Sequence record: LC788708.1
DNA length: 64,000 nucleotides
Reading direction: 5' to 3' (one strand)
From: Escherichia coli phage AZ21
Numbering within the stretch: position 1 is the first letter of the stretch; each line of letters begins with the position of its first letter. The notes beneath the pieces were generated by a model, which was not told the DNA's origin, searched no databases, and worked only from the letters and a program-made list of their open reading frames with translations. The position numbers and the translations under genes were made by a program. Below are positions 47,570-55,925 of this stretch, in pieces.

Positions 47570-47909
47570 GATGGATATTTTTACTACTCCGGCAATAAAC
47601 CTTTTAGGTGTTGGCTTGTTCCAAGCTACGGTGTATCGTACTGATGATTCTACTGATGTGGTAACGTTCATCGTACCTGAGTTCTTCCTAGAAAAGTTCT
47701 TTGAAGAGTTTGAGCAGTTCCGTGAAGAACACAATGCTCATTCCGATATGGAAGATCTAGCAGCTATGTTCCCTGCGGTTTACGGCTATATCTTTGAAGG
47801 TAATGGCCTAGATCTTAATAAATCTGAACTCGTTGAACTTAACTGGGGCATCAATTTTGAAGTTGGCTCTCCATTCCCTCGATATTTCCAGGGTTTAGAG
47901 ATTCGCTAA
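47556..47909 (+). CDS. Hypothetical acidic protein
   Basis: 117-aa ORF overlapping the upstream stop. Confidence 0.45.
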   Translation: MSEVKMDIFTTPAINLLGVGLFQATVYRTDDSTDVVTFIVPEFFLEKFFEEFEQFREEHNAHSDMEDLAAMFPAVYGYIFEGNGLDLNKSELVELNWGINFEVGSPFPRYFQGLEIR

Positions 47910-47917
47910 GATTACAT

Positions 47918-47994
47918 GGGGGTGTAATCGAATTGGCATAGGTACTGGACTTAAAATTCAGGTTTTGTGGGTTCGAATCCCACCACCCCTACCA
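47918..47994 (+). tRNA. tRNA with UAA anticodon (Leu by anticodon) but class I short variable arm
   Basis: Acceptor gggggtg/cacccct (7 bp), anticodon stem ctgga/ttcag with loop cTTAAaa, 5-nt variable loop, T-arm gtggg-ttcgaat-cccac, discriminator a, encoded CCA. Confidence 0.6.
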
Positions 47995-48009
47995 AATTAA
48001 GGAAATAAA

Positions 48010-48132
48010 ATGAAAGCTATTAAGAAAGCACTGCGTAAATTTATGTATTGTCGTTTTCATAGCATCAAGGCTTCAACTAATGGTACTACTTACGATCGCT
48101 ATGATCCTAAGTTTGGCTTACATTCTAAATAA
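48010..48132 (+). CDS. Possible small basic peptide (40 aa)
   Basis: RBS aaggaaataaaATG; below the ORF-track cutoff. Confidence 0.3.
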   Translation: MKAIKKALRKFMYCRFHSIKASTNGTTYDRYDPKFGLHSK

Positions 48133-48145
48133 CTGGAGAAAACAA

Positions 48146-48352
48146 ATGGCTAATCCTGAAATTACGGCACAACGCTTTATGCTGAAAGGAATTATTGCTG
48201 AAGCAGGCATGACAGAAGAAGTTGCAGATTTTCAAAAGCAATTCCTCAATATTCTCACTCAAGCCAAAGAGCTAGGAGAGAAAGAACATGGCGCGGCTAT
48301 TATGGCAATCACATTGGTTGGGCTTGATCTGGCTGAAGAATCAGGAGTTTAA
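48146..48352 (+). CDS. Hypothetical protein
   Basis: 68 aa from MANPEITAQ with RBS ctggagaaaacaaATG. Confidence 0.45.
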   Translation: MANPEITAQRFMLKGIIAEAGMTEEVADFQKQFLNILTQAKELGEKEHGAAIMAITLVGLDLAEESGV

Positions 48353-48382
48353 CTCCTCCAAGCAGAAATTTTAAAAATGTAC

Positions 48383-48412
48383 TTGCTTTTTGCTTAAGAT
48401 TTCTGCTATAAT
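48383..48412 (+). promoter_or_regulatory. Sigma70-type early promoter
   Basis: ttgctt-18 nt-tataat-agttatataagttgatgagagg. Confidence 0.6.
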
Positions 48413-48441
48413 AGTTATATAAGTTGATGAGAGGAATCAGA

Positions 48442-48717
48442 ATGTTAAAACGTTTTGCAGCAACTGGTATTGAAAGCTCAGTATGTAAATCCTGGGGTGG
48501 TTGGGAAGGTGAGATCGAGTGGCTTCAGTTCTACAATGTAGAACTTCTTCCAGAGATCAAAGCTCAATGTATTGAGGCTGGTATGGCTCCTGATGCTACG
48601 GCTGATGTTGAAATCAGCATGAATAAGCTAGAGGGTCGAGTAGTCACTGTTACTGATGAAGGTGAAGAGGTATTCGAACTTCCATTCACTTTGAAAGTCA
48701 CTCCTTCATTTGATTAA
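48442..48717 (+). CDS. Hypothetical acidic protein
   Basis: 91 aa from MLKRFAAT. Confidence 0.5.
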   Translation: MLKRFAATGIESSVCKSWGGWEGEIEWLQFYNVELLPEIKAQCIEAGMAPDATADVEISMNKLEGRVVTVTDEGEEVFELPFTLKVTPSFD

Positions 48718-48753
48718 CTGATACAGCACTGAGCAAGTTCTTTAAAATTTGAC

Positions 48754-48782
48754 TTGCTCAGTGCCTTAAAACTTGATATAAT
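48754..48782 (+). promoter_or_regulatory. Sigma70-type promoter upstream of tRNA-Tyr
   Basis: ttgctc-17 nt-tataat. Confidence 0.55.
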
Positions 48783-48847
48783 ATTTATCTAATTTGGAAA
48801 CATATTTAAAAGTGTTTAAATGAGAATTTTTGAATACTTCTAAATAT

Positions 48848-48935
48848 GGGCGTTTATTCCGTAAGTGGTAGCGGAGGGGATTGTAAATCCCTGGTCATTG
48901 CGACTCGAGTGGTTCGACTCCATTAACGCCCACCA
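48848..48935 (+). tRNA. tRNA-Tyr (anticodon GUA), class II
   Basis: Acceptor gggcgtt/aacgccc (7 bp), D-stem tccg/cgga, anticodon stem gggga/tccct with loop tTGTAaa, long variable arm, T-arm agtgg-ttcgact-ccatt, encoded CCA. Confidence 0.75.
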
Positions 48936-48952
48936 AATTAAAGGTAAAGGAT

Positions 48953-49144
48953 ATGTATATTGATCGGATAATTCAAGAAGCTGCAAATAGGGGTATTATA
49001 CAGTTGGGTTCACCCGCTGATATAAATAAAGATCTAATATTAGAAAGCCTCACATTTGGTACAGCTAACTTTGGTCGCGATAGTAATCGTCGATATAGCT
49101 TGAAGTTATCTGCACTATCTTTTATCAAGTATAACAAATTATAG
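48953..49144 (+). CDS. Hypothetical protein
   Basis: 63-aa ORF between two tRNAs; stop overlaps the next tRNA 5' end. Confidence 0.4.
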   Translation: MYIDRIIQEAANRGIIQLGSPADINKDLILESLTFGTANFGRDSNRRYSLKLSALSFIKYNKL

Positions 49145-49218
49145 TTAGTTGGCAGAGTGGTTATGCACCTCCTTCATACGGAGCGACTACAGTGGTTCAA
49201 CTCCACTACTAACTACCA
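49143..49218 (+). tRNA. tRNA with CAU anticodon (second copy; Met/fMet or Ile2)
   Basis: Acceptor agttagt/actaact (7 bp), anticodon stem ctcc/ggag with loop tTCATac, T-arm agtgg-ttcaact-ccact, encoded CCA. Confidence 0.7.
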
Positions 49219-49401
49219 AAGATAAGATCAGGCCTTTGTGCCAGATCTCTGTGTTTATTAAACTGAATGGGACTATCAATCCACAAGCCGGACTACGAGC
49301 GATTATCGGGTATTCACTTAATAAACAGCCTGCCTCCCAGTTTTTATCTTGCTTCTGGGTTAACAAAAAGCTGAGCCAAATTCTAACATCAGGGAGATCT
49401 A

Positions 49402-49770
49402 ATGAAAGCATATCAAAGTCTTAAGTCTGGCGTAATTAACCTTGTTCATGATAACCAGATCATTCAGCTATATTCTAAAGATGGTGAACTTAAACAAAAG
49501 GTTCTAGTTGAAGATCTAGAGGGTATCACACCTCATTTTGACCCTGAGGCCTTCCGCATTGTAGATGTAGAAGTGGTTCCTCAAGTCGAGGGTGGTCAGC
49601 ACCTAAATGTCAATGTGTTAAGCCGTGATCAGCTTTTGGATGCACAGAAACATCCTGAAAAATATCCTCAGTTGACCATCCGTGTCTCTGGCTATGCTGT
49701 TCGATTTAACGCATTGACGCGTGAACAACAGAACGACGTTATTAGTCGTACATTTACTCAGGCGATATAA
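49402..49770 (+). CDS. grcA: Autonomous glycyl-radical cofactor (GrcA/YfiD-like)
   Basis: 122 aa; [11 protein letters not shown]...[37 protein letters not shown] is the conserved GrcA/PFL C-terminal glycyl-radical domain (RVSGY). Confidence 0.8.
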   Translation: MKAYQSLKSGVINLVHDNQIIQLYSKDGELKQKVLVEDLEGITPHFDPEAFRIVDVEVVPQVEGGQHLNVNVLSRDQLLDAQKHPEKYPQLTIRVSGYAVRFNALTREQQNDVISRTFTQAI

Positions 49771-49851
49771 TGGGGTTTGGATACGATTTCTCCCAACTAC
49801 GCAAGGTAGTCGAGCAAACTCCATTTATCTCCCAAGTTTTAGGAGAAATGT

Positions 49852-50151
49852 GTGGATCGAGCATTAAGACGCCATCACCGGCAACGTGTGAAAAACAATC
49901 GCAAGAAGTATTGGACAGTCTTCCCACATGAAGAAAGCCCTAAGAGGTTAGGCATTATCACTACCACTCCTTGCATCTGTTCTTGTTGGATGTGTGGGAA
50001 TCCTCGCAAATACTATAAGAATAGTAAAGCAGGCATGAAAATTTCGGAGATTAAAAAGATGGATGCAATGATTATGGGCATCACCTTTACAGGTGGTATC
50101 TCTGATGAATTCGACGGTTTTGTAACTCAGGATATTGTCGAAATTATCTAA
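49852..50151 (+). CDS. Hypothetical Cys-rich basic protein (GTG start)
   Basis: 99 aa; PCICSCWMCGNP; RBS aggag 6 nt before GTG. Confidence 0.4.
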   Translation: MDRALRRHHRQRVKNNRKKYWTVFPHEESPKRLGIITTTPCICSCWMCGNPRKYYKNSKAGMKISEIKKMDAMIMGITFTGGISDEFDGFVTQDIVEII

Positions 50152-50160
50152 TTAATAATA

Positions 50161-50196
50161 AACCCCAGCTATTGAATACGTAGTCTGGGGTTTTCT
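50161..50196 (+). terminator. Rho-independent terminator
   Basis: aaccccag-loop-tctgggg followed by ttttctt. Confidence 0.75.
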
Positions 50197-50215
50197 TGTA
50201 TATAGGATTTTCGAA

Positions 50216-50401
50216 ATGAAAATTTTTAAAGTGAACTATAGCGGCCTGTGGTTAGGTGGTACAGCTATTGTTGTTGCGGAAACTGCGGAAGAAGCAATCG
50301 AACTGGCTAGAAATCATAGAAGTTCTATAGAATTCGAGAATGTGACAGCAGAAGAACTCCCTAGCAGTGGGGTAGTATACAACGATAACGGAGACTACTA
50401 A
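50216..50401 (+). CDS. Hypothetical protein
   Basis: 61-aa ORF. Confidence 0.45.
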   Translation: MKIFKVNYSGLWLGGTAIVVAETAEEAIELARNHRSSIEFENVTAEELPSSGVVYNDNGDY

Positions 50402-50460
50402 ATGTTATATTTTGAAGTTAGACCACATTAAGTTACTTTAACAGACTTAATGGAGGTATT

Positions 50461-50814
50461 ATGAGCCGTACATATCGTAAACAATCGGGGAATCGTCACT
50501 GGCGTGATGCACATCGTTCTAAATTCAACTTTACTCTTGGGTACAATCGTCGTTTCTTTGCTTTGAAGGAGCCAGCAGTCCCGTATACTAGAGAAGAAGT
50601 TGAAAAGGAATTACAAGACGATATCATTAAATATGAGAAGAAGGATGGTTATAACTGGAATTCCATTAGTAAGAATGTTAAGTGGCACTCTAATAAAATG
50701 GTTCGTCAAGGGAATCGTCAAGAACTTCACCGCGTGATGAAAGATCCAGAAAATTACGACTATAATCGCGATCATGACATGCGTAAGCGTGGGTTATGGT
50801 GGTGCTATGACTAA
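50461..50814 (+). CDS. Hypothetical basic protein
   Basis: 117-aa ORF with RBS ggaggtattATG. Confidence 0.5.
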   Translation: MSRTYRKQSGNRHWRDAHRSKFNFTLGYNRRFFALKEPAVPYTREEVEKELQDDIIKYEKKDGYNWNSISKNVKWHSNKMVRQGNRQELHRVMKDPENYDYNRDHDMRKRGLWWCYD

Positions 50815-50831
50815 ATTCTGAAATAATTCAT

Positions 50832-50860
50832 TTGCTAAACCTCTCTTTTCTTGCTATAAT
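50832..50860 (+). promoter_or_regulatory. Sigma70-type early promoter
   Basis: ttgcta-17 nt-tataat-atgtttataaattgatgagagagg. Confidence 0.7.
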
Positions 50861-50890
50861 ATGTTTATAAATTGATGAGAGAGGTTTGAA

Positions 50891-51172
50891 ATGAAAACTC
50901 GTCTAGACTGTGCTGTTCATGTTCTTGAGCATGATGTTGCGGGAACCTGTATGTCCTACCATGAAGCAGGTCGTTTAATTAAAGAACGTGTGGCAGATGT
51001 GTGCGGATTGAAGATTACTGCTGAGGAAGCTGATGATCTTTTAGGTCAAGCACTGGAGAAAACCGAAATGTTCCTCTGCGATTCTTGTTCTTGGTGGTGT
51101 GAAGCTCACGAACGTTCTTTCAACGATTATGATGTATGTCGTGATTGTAGTGGGGAGGATGAAGATGAATAA
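50891..51172 (+). CDS. Hypothetical Cys-containing acidic protein
   Basis: 93 aa; ends CRDCSGEDEDE. Confidence 0.5.
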   Translation: MKTRLDCAVHVLEHDVAGTCMSYHEAGRLIKERVADVCGLKITAEEADDLLGQALEKTEMFLCDSCSWWCEAHERSFNDYDVCRDCSGEDEDE

Positions 51173-51464
51173 GTTTATTATTGCACTGATGATCTCCGCA
51201 GTTAGTTTCGGTTCTCTGGCGTCTACCAAAGTTTCTATGAAAAATGGTAATGTTAAAGTCCAACAGAACGGTATTATTACCGAGTATGGTAAAGTTCGCG
51301 ATGTTAAAGAACGTAATGGTAAAGTAGAAATCTATACTAATAAAAACTTCTCTACTCCAGCCGTTACTATTGGCAAACGTGGTGAAATAACCACTCAACG
51401 TACTAATAGTTCCAGCTCTTTTACTTGTCGTTATGATTGCGACTTTGAAGGTGAAGATGAATAA
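51165..51464 (+). CDS. Small secreted protein
   Basis: Signal peptide MNKFIIALMISAVSFGSLAS; ends CRYDCDFEGEDE, similar tail to the previous ORF. Confidence 0.5.
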   Translation: MNKFIIALMISAVSFGSLASTKVSMKNGNVKVQQNGIITEYGKVRDVKERNGKVEIYTNKNFSTPAVTIGKRGEITTQRTNSSSSFTCRYDCDFEGEDE

Positions 51465-51852
51465 TTTAGACCCTAGAATTAAATTTGCAATTACAGAAAT
51501 CCAAGATCAAATTGATGAGGACTTCACTGTTTGGTCAAGGTCTGGTAATGGGGAATATTGCCAGCTTTATAGCATGAAAATGGGTATCTCAATTGAGCTT
51601 AATATCAACTCTGAAGGCAGAGTAGAAGCCCAACCCATGTTCAGTGTTCCAGGCTTCTCTGGATTTGTTGCAGGTATAAAATTGTGTCTACCAAATAACC
51701 ATCTTCATCGAATTATTTGTCAGCTAGAGACTATTAAGCATTTCTTGCCAGAAGATAACATTAATGACTACTACCACGAAGTTGTAGCAGCTCATATGAT
51801 GAAAGAATCTAAACGTCGGAGAGAAGAACGTGAAAAGACTAAACATCAATAG
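51457..51852 (+). CDS. Hypothetical protein
   Basis: 131 aa from MNNLDPRIKF. Confidence 0.45.
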   Translation: MNNLDPRIKFAITEIQDQIDEDFTVWSRSGNGEYCQLYSMKMGISIELNINSEGRVEAQPMFSVPGFSGFVAGIKLCLPNNHLHRIICQLETIKHFLPEDNINDYYHEVVAAHMMKESKRRREEREKTKHQ

Positions 51853-52126
51853 CACAGTGCAGATTCCAGCAACTAAGGATGTTTTAACATTCCTACGGAG
51901 TGAAAACGCTCAGTTTTGGCATGATCATGTTGTAAAGAACGGTAGTATTCCAGATGTAGTTGCCTTTGCCAAAAAACGTATTGAAGAATATAAAGATCCA
52001 GAGATTAAAGATGGGATGATCACTATACAATTGTGGGTAGCCATGAATACGTTTGGGCCTACTATGAGTCTAGGAGTTACTCCACTGTTTACTAATATTC
52101 TAATTAAGGAAAAGGATCTGAAATGA
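51830..52126 (+). CDS. Hypothetical protein
   Basis: 98-aa ORF. Confidence 0.45.
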   Translation: MKRLNINSTVQIPATKDVLTFLRSENAQFWHDHVVKNGSIPDVVAFAKKRIEEYKDPEIKDGMITIQLWVAMNTFGPTMSLGVTPLFTNILIKEKDLK

Positions 52127-52407
52127 TTATCTCTCCATTTGCTCTTTGGTTCGTCATTGGATCTATAGTAGCTATTTACAGCTTGGTTGATGATCTGTAT
52201 ATTTCTAAGAATAAAGATGTAATATTATACGTTATACATAAAACTCGACCGTTAGATCTGCCTCCTCTTGATGATAAAACATTACTCAGATGTGCTAGAT
52301 CTATGATATTTGTTGTGGATATTCTTCTAGGCCCAACATCTGTGTTTTTCTTTTATAGAAAGACTCGTAATATGAAAAAATTTAAAGCTGAAATGCAGAA
52401 TACCTAA
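52123..52407 (+). CDS. Hypothetical membrane protein
   Basis: 94 aa, two hydrophobic helices. Confidence 0.45.
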   Translation: MIISPFALWFVIGSIVAIYSLVDDLYISKNKDVILYVIHKTRPLDLPPLDDKTLLRCARSMIFVVDILLGPTSVFFFYRKTRNMKKFKAEMQNT

Positions 52408-52517
52408 AGAACTCGCGTAGGACCGAGTTGCGTCACCTGCAACTGTTACGGATAAGGGAGTCGTGCCCCTTAGTGCGGTAAGTGGTGAGGTGGCTGCTAG
52501 CCATAACTGGAGATAAT

Positions 52518-52862
52518 ATGACTATATTACTAATTCTTGTTACAACTTGGTTTTTAATAGGTGCTGGATACGCAATAGCTATTATTAGACATTTGGACGA
52601 ATACTCTGCTGAATGGTTTGTTAAATATCTACGTATTGATGATCAAGAACAGAAGTTTAAAGATGAAAAGCAGAAAAAAGCAGTAAATAATATGACAGCC
52701 AAAGAATGCTTGTTCTACATGCGTATTGTAGGGTTCTTTGGACTATTAGTTGCTGGCCCAATTGGTTCTACCATTGCTCCCTATAAAGAAACAGTTGCTG
52801 ACATCAAATTGTGGAGAAATGCAGGGGTACTACGCAAAGCTAGAGAAACTAATATTACATAA
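52518..52862 (+). CDS. Hypothetical membrane protein
   Basis: 114 aa from MTILLILVTTWFLIGAGYA. Confidence 0.45.
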   Translation: MTILLILVTTWFLIGAGYAIAIIRHLDEYSAEWFVKYLRIDDQEQKFKDEKQKKAVNNMTAKECLFYMRIVGFFGLLVAGPIGSTIAPYKETVADIKLWRNAGVLRKARETNIT

Positions 52863-52956
52863 GATTGATACTAAATCAACTTACTAGCAAAAGCAAATAA
52901 TGACAAAGTCCAGCCTGCACTTTTGCGACTGGGCTATTTTTATAATAAAATTTTAG

Positions 52957-52985
52957 TTGCTTAGATGCCCAAACTTTTGTATAAT
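52957..52985 (+). promoter_or_regulatory. Sigma70-type early promoter
   Basis: ttgctt-17 nt-tataat-atgtttatagattgagg. Confidence 0.65.
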
Positions 52986-53016
52986 ATGTTTATAGATTGA
53001 GGCAAGAGGATTAAAT

Positions 53017-53715
53017 ATGAGGATTATTTCTAAGTTCGCCGATGTGTATGATTTGCAGAACAGTTTGTTCGACCCAGATCGTGTTTGGGAACGTAAAACT
53101 GAAGAGTTGCTGGTTAAAGTAACCGATGATGCAGAAAAGAACATTGTGCATACTCGCCAGGTATTTCGTGATGGTTCGCTATCTTTCCGTGGTGATTTCG
53201 AATATTTTGTAAACCCACTATTTGTTGCAGGTGAAGTTTACTGGTTACACGAGCTGTACTGCTGGCATCCAGCATTTAGCTTCAAAACGTTTAATCTCGA
53301 CACTATGTTCGATAAAATGGAAGAGATGGGATTACATGCTCGCTCTTACTTAATGGATAAGAGTCGTGGAGATGTTCGTGAAACAGTACGTGATTTGCTC
53401 TCTGAAGCAAAACCTAAAGCAGAACGTATCTTATCCGAACTGCGTGTACCGATTGCATATGTGAAAGGTATTAAGAAGAACGATAACGATGATGTTCGTA
53501 ACTTCGTGATTCAGACTAACATTCGTTTCCATCAGTCAGGTATTCCGTGGCAGGAAATTGAAAGTAACTTATACCGTTTACACCAAGTTCTCGAACAGTA
53601 TATCTTCGGTGTACTAGGAACTGGTGAGCCTGATATGATTAAAGTATCAGATAAAGACAGGTTAGCAGCGCATGGATTTGATACAAAAACTTCTTTCAGG
53701 AATATGGCACGGTAA
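53017..53715 (+). CDS. Hypothetical protein
   Basis: 232-aa ORF. Confidence 0.5.
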   Translation: MRIISKFADVYDLQNSLFDPDRVWERKTEELLVKVTDDAEKNIVHTRQVFRDGSLSFRGDFEYFVNPLFVAGEVYWLHELYCWHPAFSFKTFNLDTMFDKMEEMGLHARSYLMDKSRGDVRETVRDLLSEAKPKAERILSELRVPIAYVKGIKKNDNDDVRNFVIQTNIRFHQSGIPWQEIESNLYRLHQVLEQYIFGVLGTGEPDMIKVSDKDRLAAHGFDTKTSFRNMAR

Positions 53716-54121
53716 GTGGTATATCCTGGGAGCAGGTCTAGCGATAGGCATCGGGTTCGGTGCTTATCACTTAGTAGATAAAGTGGAGACTTTAGCAGGA
53801 GATCTTGCGGTAGCTACTAAAAAGATTTCTTCTCTAGAAACTTCCCTTAATAAGGTGAAAGCTGAAAGTGAACTTCGGGAGACTCGGATGAATCAGTATT
53901 TCACGATGAATAATACTTCTCAAGCAGATCTAGACAAAAAGATTAAGCAGTTAGATAAAGCTCTTAGTCGACAAGATATTATAGCTGCAAAGCCTGGATT
54001 GGTAACATTAATTGCTAAAAAGCAGAGTAAAGAGTTCGAGGAAAGATTAGCGTGTTTAACTGGAAACTTGGAATACTGCTCGCAGCCGCAATCACAATCA
54101 CAGGCTGTGCAGAAGAAATAA
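53672..54121 (+). CDS. Putative i-spanin (Rz-like): N-terminal TM helix plus coiled-coil
   Basis: 149 aa; TM WYILGAGLAIGIGFGAY then coiled-coil; overlaps the next lipoprotein gene. Confidence 0.5.
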   Translation: MDLIQKLLSGIWHGKWYILGAGLAIGIGFGAYHLVDKVETLAGDLAVATKKISSLETSLNKVKAESELRETRMNQYFTMNNTSQADLDKKIKQLDKALSRQDIIAAKPGLVTLIAKKQSKEFEERLACLTGNLEYCSQPQSQSQAVQKK

Positions 54122-54405
54122 AACCAGAGCCATCTCATGAGTTAAAGCAAGCTCATGTAGACTGGCCTAAAGGACTTCAACCTTGTAGCTTTGACTTTAA
54201 GTTTGAAAAGAAATTAGCTACAAATGGAGAAGATGGCGTAGTAGTTGTTGTACCATACAAAGATTGGAATGCAAAAGCAAAATGTGAGGAAGCAGTTTAC
54301 TCTTACATTTCACGACTGACTGGTATGGTTTGCTTCTATCGCCAAGATTTACAAGAAAAACGTTGCTTAGTTTACTATCCACCAATTAACAATAGGAAAG
54401 ATTAA
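54052..54405 (+). CDS. Putative o-spanin (Rz1-like outer-membrane lipoprotein)
   Basis: GTG start; lipoprotein signal LGILLAAAITITGC (lipobox ITGC); start embedded in the 3' end of the preceding gene. Confidence 0.5.
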   Translation: MFNWKLGILLAAAITITGCAEEIKPEPSHELKQAHVDWPKGLQPCSFDFKFEKKLATNGEDGVVVVVPYKDWNAKAKCEEAVYSYISRLTGMVCFYRQDLQEKRCLVYYPPINNRKD

Positions 54406-55157
54406 TGTCAGTATTAGTCGGTTTACATGGTGAAGCTGGTTCGGGAAAAGATACCGTTGCAAAATTAATTATCGATTGGTGTAATGACACGTATCCAACG
54501 TGTTTATCCCGTCGTTATAGTTTTGCTAAGCCCGTTTATGAACTTGCATCCGTAATCCTCGGTGTAACTCCGGAGTTTCTAGGAGAGCGCAGGGGAAAAG
54601 AGATTGACCAATGGTTTACTGTCACACAATCTCAATTGGAGCGAGCCAGAGATGTGTGGTTTAAGTACGGTATCGATAAGTTTGAAGACTTCTCGTACAT
54701 TTGGCCTATTTTTGAGGAAAAGTATCTTAATCCTCAACAACTTATCTCAGAGAATAAAGAAGACGGATTTTATAGTTTATTTATTTCTCCGAGAAAAATG
54801 TTACAGCTCGTAGGGACAGAGCTAGGAAGGCAGCTGGTGCATGAACGCATTTGGCTCATAATTCTGGAGCAATCCATCGCTAAAGACGACCCAGATGTCG
54901 CCGTAATAACAGATGTTAGATTCCCCAATGAAGGAGAGTTACTCAGAGAAACAAACCATTTAGATATGGATTCTTTGATAGTAAATGTAGTACCCGCTGA
55001 GCAGAAGTTCACTATTAAATCAGATCATCCATCTGAAAGTGGTATTCCTGCAAAATATATTACTCACGAATTAGTTAATAAATTCGATGGTATCAATAAC
55101 CTTAAACTAGAAGTTTATAACTTCTGTGACTTAGAGCTAGAACCACTAGTTGGATAA
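54405..55157 (+). CDS. Deoxynucleoside monophosphate kinase-like P-loop kinase
   Basis: 250 aa; N-terminal Walker A GLHGEAGSGKDT. Confidence 0.6.
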   Translation: MSVLVGLHGEAGSGKDTVAKLIIDWCNDTYPTCLSRRYSFAKPVYELASVILGVTPEFLGERRGKEIDQWFTVTQSQLERARDVWFKYGIDKFEDFSYIWPIFEEKYLNPQQLISENKEDGFYSLFISPRKMLQLVGTELGRQLVHERIWLIILEQSIAKDDPDVAVITDVRFPNEGELLRETNHLDMDSLIVNVVPAEQKFTIKSDHPSESGIPAKYITHELVNKFDGINNLKLEVYNFCDLELEPLVG

Positions 55158-55169
55158 TCAAGGATCGCT

Positions 55170-55769
55170 ATGACTAATAAAAAAGAAGAAAAGACTAACC
55201 TGTTTCACTCCATTCGCCAATCTAACGAGTATACCTTTTTCTTTGATGAAGAATTAGGCCCGCCTGATGAATACCGTGATTTATCAATGGTACTTATGCA
55301 GGCAAATGAGGACGACGAAATTAATCTGATGATTAATGGCCCAGGTGGTTATGTTGATACTGCTGCACAGTTAGCTAACTTAATTGCTAATTGCCGTGGA
55401 ACAGTTATAGGGCATCTGATTGGTCCTAGTGCTTCTGCTTACTGCACAATTTTCCTATCCTGTCATGGATGGGTAGTACATCCACATGCTACGTTAATGG
55501 GACACACGTTCTCTGGCGGATTCTGTGAGAAAGGTCAGGAAATCAAGAAAGCCTATGAATCTTACAACAAGTTTGTAGAAGATATGATGCTAGATGTCTA
55601 CTATCCCTTTTTCTCAATAGATGAAATCGACGAGATGGTAAAAGACAACAAAAATATCTATCTAGATAGCAAGGAAATCCATAAGCGTATTGAAATCTTG
55701 GCGAAATATCGATCTGAGCAATATAATAAAGCCCAGTTACCTCAATCCGAGGAGTACAACGAAGAGTAA
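55170..55769 (+). CDS. ClpP-like serine peptidase (S14 family)
   Basis: LMINGPGGYV (ClpP INSPGG-type) and IGPSASAYCTIF (GxxAS active-site Ser region), downstream His. Confidence 0.55.
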   Translation: MTNKKEEKTNLFHSIRQSNEYTFFFDEELGPPDEYRDLSMVLMQANEDDEINLMINGPGGYVDTAAQLANLIANCRGTVIGHLIGPSASAYCTIFLSCHGWVVHPHATLMGHTFSGGFCEKGQEIKKAYESYNKFVEDMMLDVYYPFFSIDEIDEMVKDNKNIYLDSKEIHKRIEILAKYRSEQYNKAQLPQSEEYNEE

Positions 55770-55778
55770 GTAATTTTA

Positions 55779-55810
55779 AGCCAGGGTTTAACGACCCTGG
55801 CTTTTCTTTT
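55779..55810 (+). terminator. Rho-independent terminator
   Basis: agccagggtt-taacg-accctggct followed by tttctttt. Confidence 0.8.
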
Positions 55811-55925
55811 ATCTAAAATTCTTCTTGACAACGACAAAATTTTGTGCTCCAAAGAAAATCTTTAAAAACACATTGTAATTTTCCTCCAAAATTAGTATAA
55901 TGGTACTGGTTAGAGGAGGTTACAA

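Noticed and set aside
49149-49424. 91-aa plus-strand ORF
   Set aside because: Begins inside the tRNA at 49143..49218 and runs through the spacer; no RBS; the GrcA-like gene starting at 49402 is the credible CDS.
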